NCBI GenBank assembly: GCA_964016885.1
Contig: OZ024750.1
Span: 1,674,001-1,738,000, forward strand
DNA: 64,000 bases
Direction of reading: 5' to 3'
Source of the DNA: Eledone cirrhosa
Taxonomy: Eukaryota
Shown here: positions 25,901 through 40,564 of the stretch, in pieces
Numbering within the stretch: position 1 is the first letter of the stretch
How the letters are laid out: every line of letters begins with the position of its first letter
Notes under the pieces: generated by a model
Seen by the model: only the letters and a program-made list of their open reading frames with translations
Told to the model about the DNA's origin: nothing
Database searches by the model: none
Program-made: the position numbers and the translations under genes

Positions 25901-28900
25901 TGTACTATATTGTACTACATTGTACTATATTGTACTATATTGTACTACATTGTTCTATATTGTACTACATTGTACTACATTGTACTACATTGTACTATAT
26001 TGTACTACATTGTACTACATTGTACTACATTGTACTACATTGTACTACATTGTACTATATTGTACTATATTGTACTACATTGTACTGCATTGTACTACAT
26101 TGTACCACATTGTACTACATTGTACTACATTGTACTATATTGTACTATATTGTACTACATTGTACTACATTGTACTATATTGTACTACATTGTACTATAT
26201 TGTACTACATTGTACTGCATTGTACTGCATTGTACTACATTGTACCACATTGTACTACATTGTACTACATTGTACTATATTGTACTATATTGTACTACAT
26301 TGTACTACATTGTACTATATTGTACTACATTGTACTATATTGTACTACATTGTACTACATTGTACTGCATTGTACTACATTGTACCACATTGTACTACAT
26401 TGTACTACATTGTACTATATTGTACTATATTGTACTATATTGTACTACATTGTACTATATTGTACTACATTGTACTATATTGTACTACATTGTACTATAT
26501 TGTACTATATTGTACTACATTGTACTATATTGTACTACATTGTACCACATTGTACTACATTGTACTATATTGTACTACATTGTACTACATTGTACTATAT
26601 TGTACTACATTGTACTACATTGTACCACATTGTACCACATTGTACTATATTGTAATACATTGTACCACATTGTAATATATTGTACTACATTGTACTAAAT
26701 TGTACCATTGTACTACATTGTACCACATTGTACTATATTGTACCACATTTTACTATATTGTACTACATTGTACCACATTGTACTACATTGTACCACATTG
26801 TACTACATTGTACCACATTGTACTATATTGTACTACATTGTACTACATTGTACTATATTGTACTACATTGTACCACATTGTACTATATTGTACTACATTG
26901 TACTATATTGTACCACATTGTACTATATTGTACTACATTGTACTATATTGTACTACATTGTACTACATTGTACTACAATGTACTATATTGTACTATGTTG
27001 TACTACATTATACTATATTGGACTATATTGTACTATATTGTACTATATTGTAATATATTATACTATATTGTACTACATTGTACTACATTGTACTATATTG
27101 TACTATATTGTATTACATTATACTATATTGTACTAAATTGTACTATATTGTACTATATTGTACTACCTTGTATAACATTGTACTATATTGTACTATATTG
27201 TACTACATTGTACTACATTGTACTACATTGTATTAAATTGTACTACATTGTACTACATTGTACTATATTGTACTAAATTATACTACATTGTACTACAATG
27301 TACTATATTGTACTATATTGTACTACATTATACTATATTGGACTATATTGTACTATATTGTACTATATTGGACTATATTGTACTATATTGTACTACATTG
27401 TACTACATTGTACTATATTGTACTATATTGTATTACATTATACTATATTGTACTATATTGTAGTACATTGTACTATATTGTACTATATTGTACTACATTG
27501 TACAGCATTGTACTATATTGTACTACATTGTACTACATTGTACTACATTGTACTATATTGTACTATATTGTACTACATTGTACTATATTGTACTACATTG
27601 TACTATATTGTACTACATTGTACCACATTGTACTACATTGTACCACATTGTACTACATTGTACCACATTGTACTATATTGTACTATATTGTACTATATTG
27701 TACTACATTGTACCACATTGTACTACATTGTACCACATTGTACTATATTGTACTACATTGTACTATATTGTACTATATTGTACTATATTGTACTACATTG
27801 TACTATATTGTACTACATTGTACCACATTGTACTACATTGTACCACATTGTACTATATTGTACTACATTGTACTATATTGTACTATATTGTACTACATTG
27901 TTCTATATTGTACTACATTGTACTACATTGTACTACATTGTACTATATTGTACTACATTGTACTACATTGTACTACATTGTACTACATTGTACTACATTG
28001 TACTATATTGTACTATATTGTACTACATTGTACTGCATTGTACTACATTGTACCACATTGTACTACATTGTACTACATTGTACTATATTGTACTATATTG
28101 TACTACATTGTACTACATTGTACTATATTGTACTACATTGTACTATATTGTACTACATTGTACTGCATTGTACTGCATTGTACTACATTGTACCACATTG
28201 TACTACATTGTACTACATTGTACTATATTGTACTATATTGTACTACATTGTACTACATTGTACTATATTGTACTACATTGTACTATATTGTACTACATTG
28301 TACTACATTGTACTGCATTGTACTACATTGTACCACATTGTACTACATTGTACTACATTGTACTATATTGTACTATATTGTACTATATTGTACTACATTG
28401 TACTATATTGTACTACATTGTACTATATTGTACTACATTGTACTATATTGTACTATATTGTACTACATTGTACTATATTGTACTACATTGTACCACATTG
28501 TACTACATTGTACTATATTGTACTACATTGTACTACATTGTACTATATTGTACTACATTGTACTACATTGTACCACATTGTACCACATTGTACTATATTG
28601 TAATACATTGTACCACATTGTAATATATTGTACTACATTGTACTAAATTGTACCATTGTACTACATTGTACCACATTGTACTATATTGTACCACATTTTA
28701 CTATATTGTACTACATTGTACCACATTGTACTACATTGTACCACATTGTACTACATTGTACCACATTGTACTATATTGTACTACATTGTACTACATTGTA
28801 CTATATTGTACTACATTGTACCACATTGTACTATATTGTACTACATTGTACTATATTGTACCACATTGTACTATATTGTACTACATTGTACTATATTGTA

Positions 28901-29657
28901 CTACATTGTACTACATTGTACTACAATGTACTATATTGTACTATGTTGTACTACATTATACTATATTGGACTATATTGTACTATATTGTACTATATTGTA
29001 ATATATTATACTATATTGTACTACATTGTACTACATTGTACTATATTGTACTATATTGTATTACATTATACTATATTGTACTAAATTGTACTATATTGTA
29101 CTATATTGTACTACCTTGTATAACATTGTACTATATTGTACTATATTGTACTACATTGTACTACATTGTACTACATTGTATTAAATTGTACTACATTGTA
29201 CTACATTGTACTATATTGTACTACATTATACTACATTGTACTACAATGTACTATATTGTACTATATTGTACTACATTATACTATATTGGACTATATTGTA
29301 CTATATTGTACTATATTGGACTATATTGTACTATATTGTACTACATTGTACTACATTGTACTATATTGTACTATATTGTATTACATTATACTATATTGTA
29401 CTATATTGTACTATATTGTAGTACATTGTACTATATTGTACTATATTGTACTACATTGTACAGCATTGTACTATATTGTACTACATTGTACTACATTGTA
29501 CTACATTGTACTATATTGTACTATATTGTACTACATTATACTACATTGTACTATATTGTACTATATTGTACTACATTGTACTACATTGTACAACATTGTA
29601 CTATATTGTACTACATTGTACTACATTGTACTACATTGTACTACATTGTACTACATT
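22929..29657. repeat. 6.7-kb satellite of 10-bp unit ATTGTACTAC with 1948-bp higher-order repeat
   Basis: About 670 units with variants -TAC/-TAT/-CAC/-TGC; a single 8-bp unit (attgtacc) recurs at 24751, 26699 and 28647. Confidence 0.98.
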
Positions 29658-29701
29658 CTTATTACGAAGAGTACTATCAATACAATAGAAACGACACCAA
29701 A

Positions 29702-29889
29702 AATATATCCAAGATGTATAGGTATAATATATCCAAGATGTATAGGTAAGATATAACGGTATAGGTATAATATATCCAAGATGTATAGGTAAGATATAAC
29801 GGTATAGGTATAATATATCCAAGATTTATAGGTAAGATCTAACGGTATAGGTATAATATATCCAAGATGTATAGGTAAGATATAACGTA
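29702..29889. repeat. 43-bp tandem repeat, about 4 copies
   Basis: ataatatatccaagatgtataggtaagatataacggtataggt. Confidence 0.93.
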
Positions 29890-30221
29890 TTTGTTATTTC
29901 TAAAAAGTAACTCAGCTTTTAGGAATATTACTAACTATGGTACCAATAAATTGTGGCGGAAATAAAAAATATCAAACCAAATCTGTTATAGTATTAAGTG
30001 ACCTTTCTCTATCTACCATGTGTGTTTACAGAGATCAATATAATAGGTTGTAGCCACGATGTTCAGATTATTCAATGGTATAATACTTTGCTATAGAAAT
30101 GTATCTCTATACTAACGTGAGAAGTCATTAATATTCCTCAATGTGGGAAATCTATATTCATTGTTTTTCTTCAAAATAGAATTCTAACAAGAATTGTCCA
30201 GTTAAGAAATATATATATATA

Positions 30222-30257
<36 letters not shown>

Positions 30258-30297
30258 ATAATAATAAATTTGAAGACTAAAATCCAAAGAGGGCTCG

Positions 30298-30365
<68 letters not shown>

Positions 30366-31131
30366 TATGTATATTATATATATATATAAATAATATATAT
30401 GCATATTATATATATATATAAAAATAACACATTATATATATATAATATAAATTATTATCTGTTATTTTAATAAATAAATATATATATATATACACATATG
30501 TAATTCGCAATTGGAGAAAACGTTTCTCCTAACAGTTGCAATTGAAATCTACAGCTGATCTATTATGTATCAGTTGTAGTAAATTTATCGATTCTTCTAG
30601 ATTGTTTAAGTTACCCAGCCGGACAATTTTAAGTTACCAGTGTGCCATGCAAATCTTTTGAAGTACAAATCAATGATATTCTATTATCATAAAGCTTCAT
30701 TTTTGCGTCAGATCTTCCATAATTCCGTGCCATCAAGACAAAATAAGAAGAATGGAAATCAACCTCTACATGAGGCAGCTCAATACAGCCATATCATTTT
30801 AAAAAAAGTTTTATTCTTCTGAGATCATTATTTCTATCAGACGTGATGCGTACAATATTTCATTTCCTTTAACAGCATAAAATACTTCTCTAATATGAAT
30901 AATTAATAATATCAGAGAAGATTACAGAAACAATTTCTGAAATTATTTTCCTTATTTTTCAAACAAAAATCGATTCAGAGTTTGGTTCCTTAGAGACAAT
31001 CATTATTGTTATCATTATAATCATCAGCATCATCGTTTTCATCAACTTTCACATCACCATCACCGTCTTCGCCGTAGTTGTCATCATCATCATCATCATC
31101 ATAACTACCATTAATATTATTACTATTGTTA

Positions 31132-31445
31132 TGGCAGTCTCGGTAGAGGGTCAGACACAATGCTTTGCAACATAGAGTTATGGCCATTTACGTTCTAAGT
31201 CAAATATCGCCAAGGTTAGCTCTGCCTTTCATCCTTGCGGGGTCGATGAAATGCACTGGGGTCGATTTAATCAACTTTCCCCTCCCCCAAAAGTGTTGCG
31301 GCCTTGTGCCTAAATCAGAAACCATTACAACAGAGTCGAAAAAATAAAGTACCAGTAATACACTGGAGTTGATTTATCGACTTTTCCCCTCCTAAAAAAT
31401 TGCTGGCCTTCTGCCTGAAACAGAAACAATTATTATTATTATTAT
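31132..31445 (+). mobile_element. SINE, long subfamily, followed by a second 3' half
   Basis: tggcagtctcggtagagggtc...ggccttgtgcctaaatcagaaacc, then gtcgaaaaaataaagtaccag...cagaaacaattattatt. Confidence 0.88.
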
Positions 31446-31765
31446 TATTGATGTTGTTGTTGTTATTAACATAGCTATTATTTCACTGTAGACAAGCATA
31501 CAGCAAATGCTTATAACGTTTCAAATATCTTAAATTTAATACCAATATTAGGCTGGGAGGCAACAGTGTGATTATATTGAAAATGTGCTCTTAGTATTTC
31601 AGTTCAACTGATTTATCGATATCTCGAAAAAAACACGATGTGTGCTAAATATATCTTTTCTACGTTTAAGACACTGAAGATGTTCAAATTCTGGACAGAA
31701 AGAAATAATTATCTCTTGTTTAGCTTTAACTTAAAACTTTCTTCACGGAATGCTATTTAATTGAT

Positions 31766-31824
<59 letters not shown>

Positions 31825-31871
31825 CACATATGAACACACCTACACACATACATACTTAGATCCACACATAC

Positions 31872-31906
<35 letters not shown>

Positions 31907-31909
31907 TAA

Positions 31910-31976
31910 TATTAAAACATTTATACTCTGCTATGTATTGAGTACCTTACTTACTGCGGTTACCCGGAATAACTTT
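31910..31976 (+). mobile_element. Family A tail fragment between TA runs
   Basis: ttatactctgctatgtattgagtaccttacttactgcggttaccc matches the reverse complement of 3426-3470. Confidence 0.8.
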
Positions 31977-32440
31977 ATATATATATATATATATATACAT
32001 ATGCACACACACACACATACAAACATACCTACATACCTTCTTACATACACACATCATCATCATCATCATCATCATAGCTGTTCTCATTCGTTTCATCAGT
32101 TGTCAGACGATCGGATCATTTGCATAATCCTTTCAAATGGCAACATTTGTGAAATTCAGGTCAACAGAAATTGATTAATAAATAGTTACTAGACAGTTAT
32201 TTTCGATGAAAATCTTTGCCTCTTCAACATACATAATTGTTTTGTTTTTTTCTTTTCACTTTGGATCATTAAGTAAATGTAGGGAAATAAGATTGATATA
32301 ATACTGTTACATAACTCATTGTTTTACGGGTGGAATAATTAATTCTTTAACAAATTTTAATAAAATGCCACCCTTGATTACACATGCACGCAGACACATA
32401 CACTCACAGGGGTTTATATATACTTATATATATATATATA

Positions 32441-32536
32441 TAGGGTGTCCCAAAAATGTGTAAACATTTTGATTACCTGTACAGGCAAGATTTATTAGAA
32501 AGCTGTTGAAGTGTGTATACATTATTTTGGGACACC

Positions 32537-32539
<3 letters not shown>
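32441..32539. mobile_element. Tc1/mariner-type MITE (about 100 bp)
   Basis: TIR agggtgtcccaaaa/ttttgggacaccctg, TA flanks; second copy at 43652. Confidence 0.88.
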
Positions 32540-32590
<51 letters not shown>

Positions 32591-32733
32591 CGATTGTGTT
32601 GTTATTTCTGTTTACCTTTTATATATATATATATATATTTATTTATTAAAATAACAGATTAAAGTTTAAGCAAAGAATCGCTGCTTTCACCCTTAAATTT
32701 ATTATTATTACTATATATATATATATATATATT

Positions 32734-32815
<82 letters not shown>

Positions 32816-34549
32816 GAGAGAAAAAGAGGGGTGGGTAGACAATAAATTCGTCAGTTAACGCTGATTTCTGGTCTGAATGAAAACATTTCGGTAGATTTAG
32901 AAGATGTATACCACTTTTGTATTATATTTGAGTTCCATAAATTATAAATGAAGACTTTAGAACATTTTTGACAGTTTTCGTGAGAGACAAAGATCTATTA
33001 CAGTTTAACTCTTCACATACCATAATGGTTTAGCAGAAAATATATAAAACTGGTTTGTTAAATCAGATCCTTATTGTATTTTTAGATATATTGCTATGAA
33101 TATCTGCAATAAACTAAAGTAATGACTTTAATTTTTGATGTGATGCAGTAACACTGCTGTTTTCTCCTGTTTTATGCGGTACATGATGTTAGGTCTTATA
33201 TAAATATTTGTTAAACCCAAATCTCAAGGACTAAGATATCTTTAGAGTCTTTCATATTTCCTAAATCTGAATCCGAATTAATTTAATTTCTTTCTAAATG
33301 AGGCTACAGTTCATTTATCTCGTAGTTAAAATATAAATCATTACATAAGTGAAGAAAGAAGGTTGATATCTAGTCAAACATCATGATAATAACCCCGGTT
33401 TGACCCAAAACGCTTTATATCTGACCTTATTGAAATAACAGATAAAGATGTTTTGTGCTGAATTACGAACTGTCCGTCCAAATATTACAGGATAATGTAC
33501 GGAGTGATATCCTCAAATACCTACAAGATAAGGAATAGTTCTCCATTTAGACTATGTTATCCACACAACTTTACAATAAAGATAAGGATGTGAAATATCA
33601 ACTCAAAGGCAACTTTATAAATCTTCTTTTAGCTTTTCTGAAGTTTAAATACTGCAAGTACAGTCGGTTATTTCTAAACACCTGTTAACAGACAAATAGA
33701 CCCTTTCAACATTTGAACTAAGAATATCTGAATCAACATTTATCTTAACAAATTGCCCACATTACTGTCTTGACAAGATACTTTGAAATCAACGGTTCTC
33801 GAAATTTGTTATCTCAGAATCAACAATCAATATGACAAATAATTTTGAAGATATTACAACCTACCTTACTAAAGTGTCAAAGAATTAACGAGGAAGAGTG
33901 TGTGTAGAGGAAGCGTTGAAACAATATGTCTTGCAAAAATAAGTAACATTAAAATCAATAAACCTTTAACATCTGATCATATCAAAACGATGAACATGAT
34001 GAAGACGACAGAAAAACAGATAACATGCTTTCGGCTTCTACAGAAATATGTAAATTTTCCGATTATTTGAAAAGAAAGGTTTTTCTCCAACGAACAGTCT
34101 TATAATCGTTAAAGATAAATCGATATGTTTTTTGATTTTAATTGGATGGAATATATCGTATTTGAAGAATAAAACTAAAACTATATGAACAAATAACGTT
34201 TCCACAAGTATTATAAAACTTCAATCATTTGTTCTCTTGCAAAGATGAACAACAGAAGCAATATGAAAACAAGGGAAATTATATAGAAAAGTGTATAGGC
34301 AAATAATTACTATGTATGCCACTTCCTTCTTTGTAAAGTATCAGTTAATAGACCTATTAAATTAAAACTAACAGTAGTATTGTAGAGAGCTGAAACATTA
34401 ACAACATACAATATAGTATGTTCAATATACATGGAAATGCACTTTAGTGCTTAAACATATATTCATAAATTTCCGAGTATAAATGTATAGAGAGTGCAGC
34501 TATCAGGGCAGAGATCTAATTTAGGTTATGCAAGCATACATAAATATAT

Positions 34550-35750
34550 ATAAGGAATTAAATTATGAGGATAAGATCAATTCCGTTATATGAACTAAAA
34601 AAAGAGTCTCTACATAACACTTCATTTGTTTGAGAATGTAGCAAAATCTTCCTCTGATTATGTAATATCGTATTAACCATTTGAGTAACAAATTGGAAAA
34701 CGTATTCCTGGTTAAACTAAAACTTGAGACAAGATGGGATTGCCACTGCTAGAATGTCTTTCACCAAAGATATTTTGGTTAAAGGCTGGTCAAAGTCTAA
34801 CCATCATCAACTTGTATGGTATTTCACTGTAGAAATCTCAAGAACACAGTTGCAGTTAATCTGATCATATGATCAAATGAAATGACTTCTGTAACAGCAG
34901 AGAGAAACAGTGAAAAATGGAAAGAAGAAAATAATTCGTATAGTAATAGTTTTATTCTGATAGTAGAAATTTCTAATGAAAAAGTTCACATCATCAACAA
35001 AAAGAGGAAACAGTTCTCATAAAAGCAGACCAAATACTATCCTATCTTAGGAATTCCGATCTAGATGAAGAATAGGACGGCAGAGGGATAATAATTAGCA
35101 TTATCATTGAGGATTGTCTATCAAATGATCGACTGTACGTGTTCAATTGATTCGGAAAATCGATTCAGAGTCACATCTTTCTGTAACACTATGATTTCAA
35201 AATTGATTAAAGATAGCATCGTTGTACCTTTAATCATAGTGATACCCACTAGATAAGATTCTTTGATTTAGATTTAGATTTCAGTTAACTATTTTGTTAT
35301 GCTTATTGACCAACACGTAGTGTCTGCAAAGAGATCGTTTTTGGCAATGTAGCATAGTTTCGTAAAATTTCTAATGTAGTATTTGCTAATATTTAAAATT
35401 CATTATTTGTATCTAATTAGCTGTAAGTCTTCACCTCTGAAATGATAACACACTAGAATAGAATATTCTTCTGAATATAATTAAGAAAGAAGCAGCAATT
35501 GTGTTAATCTAAGAAAGATATCTCTCCTACTTCAGTTCTAATACTGTCCTTCGTCTCATGATGAAGAACAAACCCGATATTGACGTATTCTAGCCAACAT
35601 CACTTTTTCCAAACAGACTACTCTGTGTTAGAAAATATATAGCTATATCAAACAATGTTGTCAGTCATTACTAACGTGGTGGAGAGAAGCTTCTGAATCA
35701 CAGTATTTAAAATTAAAAATATATATAATATTCATATACTAAGAAGTGGT
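34550..35750 (+). pseudogene. Highly decayed hAT (hATm-like) transposase relic
   Basis: Frameshifted fragments LHLFE, NLSSD, TRW/IATAR and TNVVERSF are collinear with hATm-like LRHLF, DLSTDQ, RWLTTA and CHTQAVER; lies in a microsatellite-free 3.3-kb block (32850-36200). Confidence 0.3.
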
Positions 35751-36400
35751 TTTGAATTATTTTCCAAAAAGAACAACCACGTCCAATGTTCTATTAAAAA
35801 GGGTTCATAAATAGAAAAGTTAAAGGCTTTGGGTCAAATTCAGGTCAAATCGGAAAAATTAGTTTCAGCTTATAACTAAGTATTGTGGTTTTCACTCCTT
35901 ACCGTATCGACAATGTCTTGTTGTCCAAATTAAAATTCTAGACATATCTACGTATAATTTCAAGCATACTTGAATCATATATCTGATAACGAATTCCGAT
36001 CCTAAACGATACGCGGGAGAAACAGTTATATATCTCAAATACGTATTAATCAGCATATTTCTTCACAGACACAGACATTTCCGCCAGTCACTGAATAATG
36101 CTCCATATTGTCAGCATAAAGGCTAGGTCAATTTGTGAGTCAAACAACATATGGCGTTGTTTAATGACAGATAATGTAATGTCAAAGTTCTCCGTTGGAA
36201 TCTTGAAATTTTAGATAAATGTACAAGATTGCTAAATACACACACATCAGACACAGATACATGTGCATACAAATGTATACACAGCAGGCAAACACAATGA
36301 TGATATTTTAAATAGATTTAGGCTTGCAAACATTCGAGAATACTAATGAAGTTATATATTTGAGACTGTAACACACAGACGGAATACGGATATCCATACA

Positions 36401-37238
36401 TGTGCATGTGTATGTTAGTAGCATAAAACAGGTGCATGTGTATGTTAGTAGCATAAAACAGGTGCATGTGTTTGTTAGTAGCATAAAACAGGTGCATGTG
36501 TATGTTAGTAGCATAAAACAGGTGCATGTGTTTGTTAGTAGCATAAAACAGGTGCATGTGTTTGTTAGTAGCATAAAACAGGTGCATGTGTATGTTAGTA
36601 GCATAAAACAGGTGCATGTGTTTGTTAGTAGCATAAAACAGGTGCATGTGTTTGTTAGTAGCATAAAACAGGTGCATGTGTTTGTTAGTAGCATAAAACA
36701 GGTGCATGTGTTTGTTAGTAGCATAAAACAGGTGCATGTGTATGTTAGTAGCATAAAACAGGTGCATGTGTTTGTTAGTAGCATAAAACAGGTGCATGTG
36801 TTTGTTAGTAGCATAAAACAGGTGCATGTGTTTGTTAGTAGCATAAAACAGGTGCATGTGTTTGTTAGTAGCATAAAACAGGTGCATGTGTATGTTAGTA
36901 GCATAAAACAGGTGCATGTGTTTGTTAGTAGCATAAAACAGGTACATGTGTTTGTTAGTAGCATAAAACAGGTGCATGTGTTTGTTAGTAGCATAAAACA
37001 GGTGCATGTGTATGTTAGTAGCATAAAACAGGTGCATGTGTTTGTTAGTAGCATAAAACAGGTGCATGTGTATGTTAGTAGCATAAAACAGGTGCATGTG
37101 TTTGTTAGTAGCATAAAACAGGTGCATGTGTTTGTTAGTAGCATAAAACAGGTGTATGTGTTTGTTAGTAGCATAAAACAGGTGCATGTGTTTGTTAGTA
37201 GCATAAAACAGGTGCATGTGTATGTTAGTAGCATAAAA
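36401..37238. repeat. 30-bp minisatellite, 28 nearly identical copies
   Basis: gtgcatgtgt(t/a)tgttagtagcataaaacag. Confidence 0.98.
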
Positions 37239-37262
37239 GCGTATGCATTCGTAAATATTATT

Positions 37263-37471
37263 ATCCCACCAAGGTTAACTTTGCCTTTCATCCTTACAGG
37301 GTCGATAAAATAAAGTACCAGTAATGCACTGGGGTCGATAAAATAAAGTACCAGTAATGTATTGGAAAAAGTAGAAACAATTATTATAAATTTGATAAAG
37401 GTGGTGGATTGGCAGCATCGTTAAAGTGTCGGACAATATTCTATGTGGTATAGAGTTACGGCCCTTTACGT
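37263..37471 (+). mobile_element. SINE 3' half (with internal duplication) followed by a SINE 5' half
   Basis: gggtcgataaaataaagtaccagtaatg occurs twice; head ggtggtggattggcagcatcg starts at about 37400. Confidence 0.88.
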
Positions 37472-39108
37472 TGCTCTCTCAAAATTATAACATCAAACGG
37501 AAGCGTTTTATAGCATATAAAAGCAGGCCTTCCTATTCCATCCAGTTAATACAGATTCACTAACATTTGGTCTTGAATTAATATTCAAAAATATAAATAC
37601 TTGCCACACACACACACACACAAAGATTCACACTCATAATATTTTTAAAGTTAAAGAACAAAATTATTCGAACAAACATCGTATCTCTATTTACCTACAC
37701 AGAATGCTAACAGTGACACACGTATACTGATATTAATAGAATGTATACCTATACAGAATAGTTTCTATATAACTACATTCAAGATGAGAACTTTTCCGAT
37801 AAAGAAAAAATATAGAAATATGAACAGTTTAACATAAAAGAATAAAACGCAATATCGATTTATAGGTAAGTGAAACATAAACTTTCGTTTTATTACATTT
37901 CGCCTTATTTCAGTTATAGGATTGCAATATCTTGGTCAAAGCATACAGTTTCATAGTTTATACGAAGTATCTGATGTTTCTTTTTCTGCCACAAACCGGT
38001 TTGTAAACTTAAATTGACAAATTTATAATAATAAAGGGGTTGGGGAAAAGAAAATATCTCGTTCATGGTATTTCAATAATGTGAACTCATAATAAGGAAA
38101 CAGCTCCAAAATATCAGTTTAATCTCAATTTGGTATTTTATTCACCACTCCTTCTACTAAGTTGTTAAACCCCTCATGGTTCATTCATAAAAAAAACCCA
38201 TATCTCATTAATCTTTCAAATATTTGGCAGTTGCTCTTAGAAGATTTTATACTATAACAGCACATGACCTAATATTCACCGTACTACTCGAATCAAAACT
38301 CTACTCACTACATTCCAGATTTAGTTTTCTTCCCTACATTTGATACTAGATTTAGCCATTTCGATAACGATTTTTTCCTATGACGGTGGTTAAAGCATCG
38401 AAATAATTTTTCCATCTCTTTACATTCTACGTTCAAATTCTATCGTGATCAATTTTGTGTTTCATCCTTTAAATGTCAATAAACAAAAGCACCACTCTCG
38501 TACGGTGGTCGATTAAATAACTGCTGTATTAGACAGTACATTGAATGAGGTTTATATTAAATAGGACTTTTTTTTTTATTAAGTGGCAACTTTAGTATTT
38601 GATGAAAAGGGTCACCTTATAATGAAAACTCTTGAATTTAGATTTAATTTCAATATTAATTTCACAACACCCGCCGATGTTAACTTTACCTCTGATCCGA
38701 CTGGGGCAGAAAAAAATAAAGTATCAACCATTCCCTTACAAAATTGCTAGCCTTGTGCCAAAATTATAAACGATTATTAATCTCAGAACTGAACATTATA
38801 AAAAAAAAACATCATACAGCATTTTAATCCAATAAAGAATTTGTGCACAAATTAGAAAATATTTCGAATAATTTTCTTTGATAGTAACAGCAAAAACCAC
38901 ATCATGAGTAACATACATTTTAAGAACATCTACACGTACTATCAGTAAAATATGTAAACGAAGTTTTATGCATATGTATGGATGCAAATGTAAGTCTTTG
39001 TGTGCATGTGTACGTATGTATATATATATATATATATGCAGATGAAAGTGTGTGTATATATATATATATATATAGATGCAGATGTAAGTCTTTGTGTGCG
39101 TGTGTACG

Positions 39109-39155
<47 letters not shown>

Positions 39156-39165
39156 GCAGATGAAA

Positions 39166-39199
<34 letters not shown>

Positions 39200-39647
39200 G
39201 TAGATGTAAGTTTGTGTGTGTATATATATATGTATATTACTATGGGTTTATATGTCTACTATACGTGTGTAATAGTTGAATACCCCTTCCACATACAATG
39301 TAAAGTAAATATGTAATATAGAGGTTAAGTTGTTTAGATAATTGTAATAAATGGGATAAGTTTCTAGACTTTACTCAAAGGAATTCATTCTAGATCAATA
39401 TCAGTGAAGTTACATATATATAAAAATATAGGAATTTAAAGAGAACAATTTTGAATGATGTAGTTAAATAGATTACCAGCAATCTTCCCTTTAGAGATAT
39501 ACTCGTGTCTGTATGAGTGAGTGTAAATATTCATGTATTACTATATGCAAATATAAATGTGAAGATGCATATATGTGAACATGCATGATATCTACATCTT
39601 TTCCTAGAAACTGTATTTAAGAGTACTAAAAATTCAATTCTTTGAGA

Positions 39648-39917
39648 ATACATGTATAATTTCCGAATATACGTATACGAATAGTTTATACACAAGTAGA
39701 AGCATATACACATATATAACCTCCGAATATACGTATACGAATAGTTTATACACAAGTAGAAGCATATACACATATATATCCTCCGAATATACGTATACGA
39801 ATAGTTTATACACAAGTAGAAGCATATACACATATATATCCTCCGAATATACGTATACGAATAGTTTATACACAAGTATAAGCATATACACATATATAAC
39901 CTCCGAATATACGTACA
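39648..39917. repeat. 60-bp tandem repeat, about 4.5 copies
   Basis: ctccgaatatacgtatacgaatagtttatacacaagtagaagcatatacacatatataac. Confidence 0.95.
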
Positions 39918-40473
39918 CAAGTAGTTTCTTTATGGGTAGGAGTGATTGCATGTGTTCTGAAGTAAGAGAAAGTATTTCAAACTGAAAAGGGTTTGAATGC
40001 TACTTTATTTTTCTATATGTTTGACTAAATATTAAATTGTTTATTATTTTTTATCTATTTTCATTTTAGAAATATATTTAAGTTGTCGAATAGAAACTAA
40101 TTGAGTCTTATGGGCTGTAGACACAACTTTACAGAGGATAGAAATCACGTGACTGATGAAGGCAACACGTGAATGGATGTAAATACTTCACACAAATTTA
40201 GAATTAGCAGTTATGTTTTTATATGTGTATGTATGCTTATATGTATGTATTTTTGTTTGTATGTATGTTTGTATGTTTGTATATGTATGCATATACGTAT
40301 TTATGTATGTATGTATTTATGTATGTAAATGTGTACCGACATTAATGCTTATATATATATATATATATTCAATATATATATTTATTTACGTATGGTTGTG
40401 TGTGTGTCGATGTAATATGTTTTATAATATGCCGATGTTTACAAGTAGGTACTACACTTGTTTTAACACTTCA

Positions 40474-40564
40474 CTATTTAGATTCCTGCGGTTCACCAAT
40501 CACGCCATCTTGAACAATTCTCTGCTGAGATATCAAAGGTTTCATATTATAGAAGCAAACAATT
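40474..40564 (-). CDS. Candidate terminal coding exon, product unknown
   Basis: Minus-strand acceptor ctcttttatttgtctctgtag, then IVCFYNMKPLISQQRIVQDGVIGEPQESK* in one frame; frame not independently supported. Confidence 0.2.

Noticed and set aside
22932-29756. Many 200-600 aa YYIVLHCTTL ORFs
   Set aside because: Read-through of a stop-poor 10-bp satellite, open in all three frames; no coding evidence.
36308-37313. About 300-aa repetitive ORFs and CRISPR-like periodicity
   Set aside because: Head-to-tail 30-bp tandem repeat with no unique spacers and no cas genes; eukaryotic context.
40146-40172. CTGATGA between two CACGTG boxes
   Set aside because: No downstream GAAA or stem III; two E-boxes alone are not evidence of function.
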